64,000 nucleotides of DNA from Gemmatimonadota bacterium (GTDB lineage: Bacteria > Gemmatimonadota > Gemmatimonadetes > Gemmatimonadales > Gemmatimonadaceae): contig JAZJZK010000025.1 of NCBI GenBank assembly GCA_040389905.1, positions 38,051-102,050 of the forward strand, read 5' to 3'. Of this stretch, positions 56,414-64,000 are shown one piece after another. The translations under genes were made by a program, and so were the position numbers. A model generated the notes under the pieces. The model had not been told where the DNA came from. It searched no databases and worked only from the letters and a program-made list of their open reading frames with translations. Each line of letters opens with the position of its first letter. Positions within the stretch are counted from its first letter, which is position 1.

Positions 56414-59068
56414 TCACGGCGACGTTGCCACCTTCCGCTCCACCGGCAACCCCGCGCTCAGCAGATTGACGAAGATCCGCATCGCGCCCGGCACCGCGTT
56501 CGCGATCTGTTGCGTCAACGTCAACGACGTGTAGATCACGCGACCCTTGCCAACCGTGGCCACGAGAATGCTGTTCCGATTCTCCTTCTGATCCGGATCG
56601 TGTGACTCCACGAGTTGCGCGTAGCGCGGATCGGCAACCGACGGCACCGTTGTCGCCCGAGGGCCGACCCAGCTCGACCAATCCGGCCCCGCAATGACGT
56701 TGGGCCAAGCCAGGAGGCGAGCACGTGCGTCGAGCGGTACAACCTGCGCGTCCTCACGCACGACTTGCTCGACGAACGGCTGCGCAAAGCTCACCGGAAA
56801 TGGAAGTACACCAGGCTGCGTGACCGCGTCCGGATTGCCCATCACCACCAGCGTTCCCCCTTTCCGGACGAATTCGTTCAGTCGCGACATCTGGGTGTAA
56901 AGCGCGCGGTCTGCGCGGAACGCATCGGGGCCGATGGCCACCGTGCTCAATCCATCGAGATCGAAGCGGATGAGTCCCTCCGTGTTGAGTGCGTAGACCG
57001 GTACGCCGAGTTGCTTGAGCGCGAGGTCGCCGTCGTCACCCGCACCGCGGATGTAGGCGACGCTCAGCCGGCTCGGAATATCGATATCGACCGCCTGGAT
57101 CTTGACGCCCGCTTCGCGAAAGAGATGGATGGGCGCGAGGTAGGAATACTGCGCCGTCTTGAATCCGACTTCGAGTGTGTCTCGCGCGCCAACGCCGATG
57201 AGCGTGAGAATGTAGCCACTCGGCTCCGGCGCGCCTCGTGCGAGCAATGAAATCTCGCGCGCTTCACGCGGCGCGAGCGTGATTGCCGGCGGAAAGGAAT
57301 CGAGCTTCACCGCCGCCGGCATCGGCGACTTCAGCGTGAGCGTCTGCGGCTTGTCCGAAAAGGACCGGAGCGTCACGCGCAGCGGTCGCTTCAACGGCTT
57401 GCCCGCTTGTGCCCATTCCAATCCGCGCTCGAACCCAAGCGTGACGGCGGGAACACCGCTCAGTGCACGATCGCGGACGCCGAGCACCGGATCGGCCGTC
57501 TTGTACACAACGTTTCCAACCGTCGTCGTCAGCGTGGTCGTCCCGTACGTGAGCGTCACGGTGACATCGCTCAGGCGTCGCAGATTCTCGGGGATGGCCG
57601 TGCCGGTGATGCCGAACTCTCGAACGAACATTCCGGGCCGTGGAACACCATCGAGCGGCGTGGTGGAGGGCGGATAGAAGTTCTCCTTCCGCTTGAAGAT
57701 CCACCACGGATGCGCGTAGGGTGCGGTGGTTACCGCGCGCTGAAGCTGAGCGCTTCCGTGCGCGGGAACGTCCACAGCTTCCAACATGCGCACCGAAACG
57801 GCGCCGGTGACTCGGACGTCGTTGAGACTGATTGGCGTATCACCGTTGTTGAACGCGGTGACGGTGACGAGGGCCGTATCGTAACTCGCGAGAAACTCGC
57901 GGTCCGCAACGGCTTCGACGGTGACGCCGGTCGCGGCAAGGAGGGCATCGGCGGATCTGCGTTGGACGAGATCGAGTGACGCATCGAGATCCAACCATTC
58001 CGCCTGACACTTTCGGTTCGAGAGCGACACCGCGGCATCAGCGGCAGGATGCCGGCAACCGCGCATCAGGATGCGGGAGGTCGCCACGAGCTCCGTCAGC
58101 CGCTTCAAGTGGCCGACGACGCTCGACGGGTTCATGAGATCGAGCTGTCGCTTCGCGGAATCCGCATACGCGATGATTGCCGGAACCTGCCGAACCAAGT
58201 CTGCCGGAACACCCGCGAGCAATCGGGCGAAGCTTGTATCGATTCCCGCGAAGAATGACGACACACGTTCCGTTGTCGACGCATCCGTGACACGCGTCGC
58301 GATACGGCGCCACGATTTCGCGCTCGGCGTTTGCCACGGCGCCGTCGCGAAGCCGAATGAGCGGAGCTGTGCCCGGCTCTCGACGGCAATGTCCGCATAC
58401 GTGCGGCCGAGGACACGGTCATAGTCGCGCGAATCGATGGTAACGCCGGTGCCGGGCTCGAAAAGGGACTGCGGCGTCCAGGGCAATCCGAAGTCCTTCA
58501 CGGGGAACTTGAGCGTATCGGGCGACGCATCGAACACGTCACGCGCGAGAATGGCGCTGACCTGATGCTGTCCGTCGCGATCGCTCGTGTCCGTGCGGAA
58601 GAGCGCGATGATCACATGCGGCCGAAACGCCCGCGCCACCGTGACCACTTCCTTGAGCAGCTCGGCGTGATCCCACTCCTTGAATGCCTCGGCTGCCGAG
58701 CGCGCCGATCCGAAATCGTAGGCGCGCGTGAAGTACTGCTCACCACCGTCGATTCGGCGTGCCGCAAGCGCTTCCTCCACATGCACAGCGCCAAGCGCGG
58801 CGCCGGCTTCGAGGCCGGTGTAGTTGGGGGCGCTCTCCCCACGGGTGAGCGAGAGAAATGCCGTTTGCACGCGATGGCCGCGCGCGAGCCAGGCAATGAG
58901 ATCGGCGTCAGCGTCGCTTGGACGGGCCCCGACGATCAGGACGCGCGGCGTGACGGTGAGCCCGTTGACGAGGGCATGAATACGTGCTGCCCCGCGGTCC
59001 TGTGCGGAGAGGGGGGACCTGGACGCAAGCAACAGCGCAACGGACATCATCCATCGACGGACAGTCAT
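56414..59068 (-). CDS. Large secreted PIG-L/LmbE-like multidomain protein with degenerate active site
   Basis: VLIVGARPSDAD (canonical AHPDDE), LSLTRGE, ARRIDGGEQYFTRAYDFG, Ig-like middle, conserved-looking tail YTSLTLTQQIANAVPGAMRIFVNLLS. Confidence 0.8.
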   Translation of the reverse strand: MTVRRWMMSVALLLASRSPLSAQDRGAARIHALVNGLTVTPRVLIVGARPSDADADLIAWLARGHRVQTAFLSLTRGESAPNYTGLEAGAALGAVHVEEALAARRIDGGEQYFTRAYDFGSARSAAEAFKEWDHAELLKEVVTVARAFRPHVIIALFRTDTSDRDGQHQVSAILARDVFDASPDTLKFPVKDFGLPWTPQSLFEPGTGVTIDSRDYDRVLGRTYADIAVESRAQLRSFGFATAPWQTPSAKSWRRIATRVTDASTTERVSSFFAGIDTSFARLLAGVPADLVRQVPAIIAYADSAKRQLDLMNPSSVVGHLKRLTELVATSRILMRGCRHPAADAAVSLSNRKCQAEWLDLDASLDLVQRRSADALLAATGVTVEAVADREFLASYDTALVTVTAFNNGDTPISLNDVRVTGAVSVRMLEAVDVPAHGSAQLQRAVTTAPYAHPWWIFKRKENFYPPSTTPLDGVPRPGMFVREFGITGTAIPENLRRLSDVTVTLTYGTTTLTTTVGNVVYKTADPVLGVRDRALSGVPAVTLGFERGLEWAQAGKPLKRPLRVTLRSFSDKPQTLTLKSPMPAAVKLDSFPPAITLAPREAREISLLARGAPEPSGYILTLIGVGARDTLEVGFKTAQYSYLAPIHLFREAGVKIQAVDIDIPSRLSVAYIRGAGDDGDLALKQLGVPVYALNTEGLIRFDLDGLSTVAIGPDAFRADRALYTQMSRLNEFVRKGGTLVVMGNPDAVTQPGVLPFPVSFAQPFVEQVVREDAQVVPLDARARLLAWPNVIAGPDWSSWVGPRATTVPSVADPRYAQLVESHDPDQKENRNSILVATVGKGRVIYTSLTLTQQIANAVPGAMRIFVNLLSAGLPVERKVATSP

Positions 59069-59190
59069 CGCACAACAGCTCCGGTACGGTTCTGCCCGAA
59101 TACTGCCGCGCGCGGACGCCGTCAATCAATGACGGCCAGCCGTTTTTATGGAATCGTAATGTCGAGTTAATGAAGGGCGTGCGGCTGTCA

Positions 59191-59838
59191 TCAGGGCGGC
59201 AACTGGCCGCCACGCGTTGGGGCACGTACGCCGACGGCGTCTTCGGACTCAGCCAACAGCTTGGTCATGTACCGCTGCCCCTCTCCGATTCGCTCGACCT
59301 CGATTGCCGTGGATTCCACGAGCTGTTCGATCTTCTGGAGACGACCCAGCATCTCGCTCGAGGCGGCGGGGGTAGGCGCCGGTGCACTGCGCCTGAGGAG
59401 ACGTATCGCGGCGGCGATCACCAACGGCATGCACAGCGCGAACGCTCCGGTGAGTGTGATGCGCTCCGTGTCCATCTGGTGGGTGGGGCGATCGGTAGGA
59501 AAGTCGGCGGGCTCGACGGTGACCGGCGTGTTTTCCACTTTCGAGATCCGCGACTCGATATCACCGAGGATCTTGTTGGCTATATCGATTTGGCCACCAA
59601 TCTGGCTAAGGCGGTCGTCGAGAACTTTGCGCTCCGCGCTGCCGACCGGTGATTCTCGAAAACGGACGGCCAGGTCGTTTCGTGTTCGCTCCAGTTCCTG
59701 GAGCTGACGGTAGACATCGCCGCGTTGTATCCGGAGTTGCGCGTGATACTCGGAAAACAGGCCTCCGTCTCTGCCGACAACCACCGCCCCACCCGGAGCT
59801 GCGGTCGCGGGACCGCCCTGAAGCAGAAGGATGCGCAT
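59191..59838 (-). CDS. Hypothetical coiled-coil/TM protein
   Basis: Coiled coil, TM LTGAFALCMPLVIAAAI, then RLQKIEQLVESTAIEVERIGEGQRYMTKLL. Start uncertain (59838 or 59904). Confidence 0.7.
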   Translation of the reverse strand: MRILLLQGGPATAAPGGAVVVGRDGGLFSEYHAQLRIQRGDVYRQLQELERTRNDLAVRFRESPVGSAERKVLDDRLSQIGGQIDIANKILGDIESRISKVENTPVTVEPADFPTDRPTHQMDTERITLTGAFALCMPLVIAAAIRLLRRSAPAPTPAASSEMLGRLQKIEQLVESTAIEVERIGEGQRYMTKLLAESEDAVGVRAPTRGGQLPP

Positions 59839-59935
59839 TGTTTCCGGCGTGACGGGGATGGAGCGAGCGTTCACGAACGACTGTCTTGAATTACGGATTG
59901 TCACGCATCCGTGTTTCCCCGACTAGTTTGACGAA

Positions 59936-61786
59936 ATGGCCCATGACACCGTTCTGATCGGCACCGTCGCGGCCGGGCTCGGCGTTGCCTTCGTGCTCGG
60001 CCTGATCGCCGTACGATTGCGGCTGCCTCCGGTCGTCGGGTACCTCGCCGCCGGCGTCGCGGTCGGGCCCTTCACACCCGGTTTCGTCGCCGACTCGGGG
60101 CTCGCCGGCCAGCTCGCAGAACTGGGCGCGATTCTCCTGATGTTCGGCGTTGGCCTGCACTTCTCCGTCGGCGACCTCGCGGCCGTGCGACGCGTCGTGG
60201 TACCAGGTGCGTTACTCCAAACCTCCATCACGGGCAGCGTCGGCGTCGCACTCGGGCGCATGTGGGGCTGGAGTTGGGGAGGAGCGGTCGTGCTCGGCTT
60301 GGCGCTTGGCGTCGCCAGCACGGTCGTCCTGCTGAAGGCGCTGGAAGGACGAGATCGACTCGATTCGTCCGAAGGGCGCATGGCCGTGGGCTGGCTCGTG
60401 GTGGAAGACATGACGATGGTGTTCGCGCTCGTGCTGCTCCCCGCGCTCGCTCCGATACTCGGCGGAACCGGTGCGTCCGCGTCCGGCATCGACTTGCTGC
60501 TGCCGGTCCTCGTCGCGCTCGGAAAGGTGCTTGGCTTCATCGGATTGATGGTCGTCGTTGGCCGGCGATTCGTCCCGTGGTTACTGGAGCACGTCGCGAC
60601 ATTAGGTTCCCGCGAGCTCTTCACCCTCGCGGTACTGTCCACGGCGCTTGGCGTCGGTACCATTGCCGCCGAGCTGTTTGGCGTCTCGTTTGCCCTTGGG
60701 GCGTTCTTCGCCGGCGCCGTCATCAGCGAGTCGGAACTCAGCCACCGCGCCGCGGCGGATGCCCTGCCGATGCAGGACGCCTTTGCCGTCCTGTTCTTCG
60801 TGTCGGTGGGCATGCTGTTCGATCCTGTGGTGATCATGCAGCGACCGTGGCAGGTGTTGACGCTGGTCCTCGTCATTGTGCTCTGGAAGTCGGTCCTCGC
60901 GTTCGGTCTTCTTCGCGCACTCGGGCAGCCGACGCACTCGGCGGGAATTCTCGGATCGTCATTCGGCCAGATCGGCGAGTTCTCGTTCATCGTCGCTGCG
61001 CTCGGCGTCTCATTGGGACTGTTGCCGCCGGAGGCGCAACCCCTCATCGTCGTCGCGGCGATCATCGGTATCACGCTGAACGGTCCGATGATGTCATTGG
61101 TCGAGCGGGTGGTTCGACGCGTTGGCGATCGTGCGACGGCGAGCGACGCAGCGGCAATCGACGCCGGCGTTGACGCCGATTCAGTCGATCTGGCGGCTGT
61201 GAGCGTTCCGTTCAACCCGGCGCACACACGCGATCACGTGGTGCTGGTCGGTTTCGGACGGGTGGGCGCTACCGTCGGTGACGCACTTCAGCGCGCCGGT
61301 ATTCCCTATGTCGTCGTGGAGGAACAGGAGCGGATCGTGGGTGGCCTACGCAAGCGTGGCGACTCCGCAATCATCGGCGACGCCACCCGGGCCGACGTGC
61401 TCGAACGCGCGGGGATTCGTCGTGCAAAACTCCTTGTCGTCACGGCACCCGAGCCATTTCGCGCAAGACGCACCGTCGATGTCGCGCGCGCCGCGAATCC
61501 TCACATCACGGTTGCCGTGCGCACGCACAGTGCGACCGAACAGGCGTACTTCGAACACCTGCTCTCGGCGCACGGAGCAACCGGCCGAGCAGTGTACGCG
61601 GAGCGTGAGGCCGCATTGAGCCTCGCGCATTATGCGTTGTTGGCGGTCGGCAAGACGGACGACGATGCGGACTGGGTCGTGTCGTCGCTCCGTGGGCACC
61701 CGACGGCACCCACGGAGACGTTCAAGTCATTGGCGACGCAGGAATATCAGACGCTGGCCCGCATGGGACAGCAGCCACCTGTCTAG
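59936..61786 (+). CDS. CPA2 cation:proton antiporter with TrkA-N domain (YbaL/RosB-like)
   Basis: LPPVVGYL, QLAELGAILLMFGVGLHFS, GWLVVED, SFALGAFFAG, QIGEFSF, VGFGRVG, IIGDAT. Confidence 0.93.
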   Translation: MAHDTVLIGTVAAGLGVAFVLGLIAVRLRLPPVVGYLAAGVAVGPFTPGFVADSGLAGQLAELGAILLMFGVGLHFSVGDLAAVRRVVVPGALLQTSITGSVGVALGRMWGWSWGGAVVLGLALGVASTVVLLKALEGRDRLDSSEGRMAVGWLVVEDMTMVFALVLLPALAPILGGTGASASGIDLLLPVLVALGKVLGFIGLMVVVGRRFVPWLLEHVATLGSRELFTLAVLSTALGVGTIAAELFGVSFALGAFFAGAVISESELSHRAAADALPMQDAFAVLFFVSVGMLFDPVVIMQRPWQVLTLVLVIVLWKSVLAFGLLRALGQPTHSAGILGSSFGQIGEFSFIVAALGVSLGLLPPEAQPLIVVAAIIGITLNGPMMSLVERVVRRVGDRATASDAAAIDAGVDADSVDLAAVSVPFNPAHTRDHVVLVGFGRVGATVGDALQRAGIPYVVVEEQERIVGGLRKRGDSAIIGDATRADVLERAGIRRAKLLVVTAPEPFRARRTVDVARAANPHITVAVRTHSATEQAYFEHLLSAHGATGRAVYAEREAALSLAHYALLAVGKTDDDADWVVSSLRGHPTAPTETFKSLATQEYQTLARMGQQPPV

Positions 61787-61814
61787 GTACAAAGGACGAT
61801 GTCGCCCTGAGCCT

Positions 61815-63482
61815 TCATGCTTGGCCGTCGTCGGAAGTGAGCGGAGCAAACCCCCGTCTCCTGAGTAAGCGCGCGACCGCCTTGCTGCTCATGCTCTCCG
61901 GCGATTCGCTCCACTTGTTGTACGAGGCTTCCCGGGTGGAGCCTGCGTCGAGGAGCAGTTCCACCACTTCACAGTATTCGTCGTCGTGTCCGGCGCGTCC
62001 ATTCACCGAGCCGTGTGCCGCCCACGCAAGCGGGGAGCTGCCGAAGCTCGAATCTCGAAAATTGACGGGAGCACCGAGCGAGAGGAGCAGGCGCGTCATC
62101 TCAGGACGACCATGCCAGGCCGCGTGATGAAGTGCCGTGCCTCCCCATTCACCCTCGGCGGTGATGTCCCATCCCAGGTCGATCATCAGTCGCACGGCGG
62201 CCTGATTGTCCTCCTCGGCGGCCAGAGCGAGCGTGTGCTTGTCTTCGACCGTCATGCGCGCGAGAAGGCCGGGATGCGCTGCGGTGAGTCGGAGCGCGGC
62301 ATCGCGACCGCCCCGCACGCACGCGCCAATGAAGTCATCGACGGGTGCGACGTTGGTGGAGTCGGCGCCGTGCTCGAGCAAGTATGCTGCGACTGGCACG
62401 TTGCCCGTTCGCACCGCAAGCGCATAGGCGGTCTTACCGTCGCCGCGCGGCGCGTTGACCTCCGCGCCGTGCTCGACGAGCATCGCGGCAACGTGGACGC
62501 CCTTTCCGTACGCCGCTATCCGATGCAGCGGCCGCGATGCGCGCTCCGCTCCCGTTGCATCATCCAAGCTGGAGACGTTCGGATCAGCGCCATGCTCGAG
62601 TAGCCACTGCATGCCGCGTTCAGACGAAGCGCAGCTGCGACTGAACGGCTTGTAGCCGGCGAGGAAGTAGAGCGGTGTATTATGGAACTGCGGATGCGCA
62701 CCACTGATGTCCGCACCGTATTGCACGAGCAGTTGCAGGCATTCGCGATGATCGAACTCCGCTGAGTGGTAAACGCTCTCCCCGTCGTTCGGATTCGCTC
62801 CGCGCTCGAGCAACAGTCTCACGATCCCTGTGTTGTTCGAGACGCAGGCGAAATAGAGCGCGGCGATTCGGCCCTCGGTGTCGTCGAGCGCTACGGACGC
62901 ATTCGGACTTGCCCCGGCATCGAGGAGAAGTTCCGCGCACCGCAGGCTGGACGCGCGGGTCGCCTCATCGCTCTTGAAGAACGTCGACTGGCAGAGATAA
63001 ATCAGCGGCTGGTCGTCTGCCGTTGCTGCTGGAGCCGTTGCGGCTGTCGGATTGCGTTGCAGCAGGGTTTCCAGCTCGGCGGCATCGCACGCCGCGGCCG
63101 CCGTGTGAGCACTGTGGCTGCGCAGCCGGGGGAACTGATCGAGGAGGCGCTTTGCCCTGTCCACGTGGTTGTCGCGAATGGCGGCGAGAAAACGGCCCGC
63201 CTGAATGTGAATGGGGTCGAGCGAGTGAATGTGGTTCTTCAACTCACTCCAACTCGCTTTCCCATTCTGTCGCGCGATCGCGTGCTGTACGTCGGCGAGG
63301 ACAATGGACTCCGCGACTGCCGTGTCGTCGAGTGGCTCGAGCCTCGGCAGGAGCGTCCGCAGGCGCGCGATGACTACGGAGTCACCGGCACGTGCCTGCT
63401 TGAGGATGTCCTTGGCGCGGGTGCGCAGACCTTCGAGGACGCCGACGCCGCCGCTGAGCGCGGCGCTTTCGTTGCTGGACAT
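61815..63482 (-). CDS. Ankyrin-repeat protein with N-terminal small helical domain
   Basis: LLDAGASPN, LLERGANPN, GKTAYALA, GGTALHHAAWHG, SPLAWA; N-terminus LEGLRTRAKDIL...LADVQHAIARQNGKASWSELK; GGAGG RBS. Confidence 0.92.
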   Translation of the reverse strand: MSSNESAALSGGVGVLEGLRTRAKDILKQARAGDSVVIARLRTLLPRLEPLDDTAVAESIVLADVQHAIARQNGKASWSELKNHIHSLDPIHIQAGRFLAAIRDNHVDRAKRLLDQFPRLRSHSAHTAAAACDAAELETLLQRNPTAATAPAATADDQPLIYLCQSTFFKSDEATRASSLRCAELLLDAGASPNASVALDDTEGRIAALYFACVSNNTGIVRLLLERGANPNDGESVYHSAEFDHRECLQLLVQYGADISGAHPQFHNTPLYFLAGYKPFSRSCASSERGMQWLLEHGADPNVSSLDDATGAERASRPLHRIAAYGKGVHVAAMLVEHGAEVNAPRGDGKTAYALAVRTGNVPVAAYLLEHGADSTNVAPVDDFIGACVRGGRDAALRLTAAHPGLLARMTVEDKHTLALAAEEDNQAAVRLMIDLGWDITAEGEWGGTALHHAAWHGRPEMTRLLLSLGAPVNFRDSSFGSSPLAWAAHGSVNGRAGHDDEYCEVVELLLDAGSTREASYNKWSESPESMSSKAVARLLRRRGFAPLTSDDGQA

Positions 63483-63605
63483 GCTACGACCTCCAAATCG
63501 CCCGAGTCCGCACCACTGGGCTGGAAGTTCGTAGGAAGTTGTCCATCACCATCGTGTCAGGCGGGCAATCCCGTTTCCGCGGACCGGAGGCTCCCTGAGA
63601 GCCAT
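63483..63605 (-). promoter_or_regulatory. Candidate structured 5' leader (cis-regulatory RNA) of the ankyrin gene
   Basis: Several complementary segments, including an anti-SD and a loop-pairing element; CATATT -10-like hexamer at 63612-63617. Confidence 0.4.
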
Positions 63606-63696
63606 GTAAGGAATATGTGCGGGGTGGGTCTTTTCCGAAATGGCTGGTTCGCGTAACGTCAGGCATCTGGGGACGTTCGGTATCGGCGTCGTTCTC

Positions 63697-63907
63697 ACCG
63701 CAGAGGGCGCAGAGAGGCAGAGGTACGCAGAGGAAAAGCGGAAGTGCAGACCCGTCGACGCGCGGCGCATGCCTTGGGCGTAGTCGAACGGGCTCGCTCG
63801 GGGTGACATTCAAGCTTTGTCGCGCCGGCTCGCCACGCTGGTTTGTCGCCCTTGAGCCGATCGCCGCTTACGCTCCTCGAGGGTAGACTCCGCGAAGGAC
63901 CTGCACC
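63697..63907. repeat. Composite REP-like element (B arm, inverted expanded A, expanded A)
   Basis: ACCGCAGAGGGCGCAGAGAGGCAGAGG... GTGCAGACCC...GCTCGGGGTGACA ... TTTGTCGCCCTTGAGC...CGAAGGACCTGCACC. Confidence 0.8.
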
Positions 63908-64000
63908 AGTCGGTTCTGGTTTCCTCTGAGGATCGCTGCTCCTCCGGTCGCGGTAGGAATGCCGGTCGCCCGACACCCCCCGCACGGATCCGTGCGAGCG

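Noticed and set aside
59923..61227. Long minus-strand ORF (434 aa), and similar ones such as 32088..33476, 13458..14915, 14372..15913, 11641..12885 and 54123..55307
   Set aside because: Shadow or alternate frames of well-supported genes in GC-rich DNA, with biased composition and no motifs.
63908..64000. CDS fragment at the right edge
   Set aside because: Too little sequence and no recognisable motif; adjacent DNA is repeat-derived.

Overview
A GC-rich, gene-dense bacterial chromosomal window. Protein styles (expanded SHELRTPLNAIGGY histidine kinases, Hanks-type kinases, many secreted peptidases, an 'EVERIGEGQR' coiled-coil protein) suggest Gemmatimonadota; this is inference. About 55 CDSs: two ECF sigma/zinc-binding anti-sigma pairs, four orphan histidine kinases (one with a Cys-less LOV-like domain), a cytochrome P450, a GT2/YdjC/GT87 glycosylation trio, an L,D-transpeptidase, a DUF4331x2-TPR-HupE/UreJ operon, a DPP-IV/aminopeptidase P/thioesterase operon, Fpg/Nei, GH3, tesB, msrA, LysR-MFS and TetR-DUF3108 pairs, a CPA2 antiporter and an ankyrin protein. 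I saw no rRNA, tRNA, CRISPR array, transposase or integrase. The most notable non-gene structure is: (i) a modular family of REP/BIME-like palindromes in about ten places, one read in frame inside a coding sequence; (ii) 7/14-nt periodic repeats at convergent gene junctions; (iii) a 1.4-kb AT-richer islet, bracketed by inverted repeats, with a frameshifted doc toxin and a 58-aa antitoxin missing from the ORF track; (iv) a structured ~120-nt leader with anti-SD and pseudoknot potential before the ankyrin gene. Family names come from motif recognition by eye, with no database search, and many start codons were re-picked manually.
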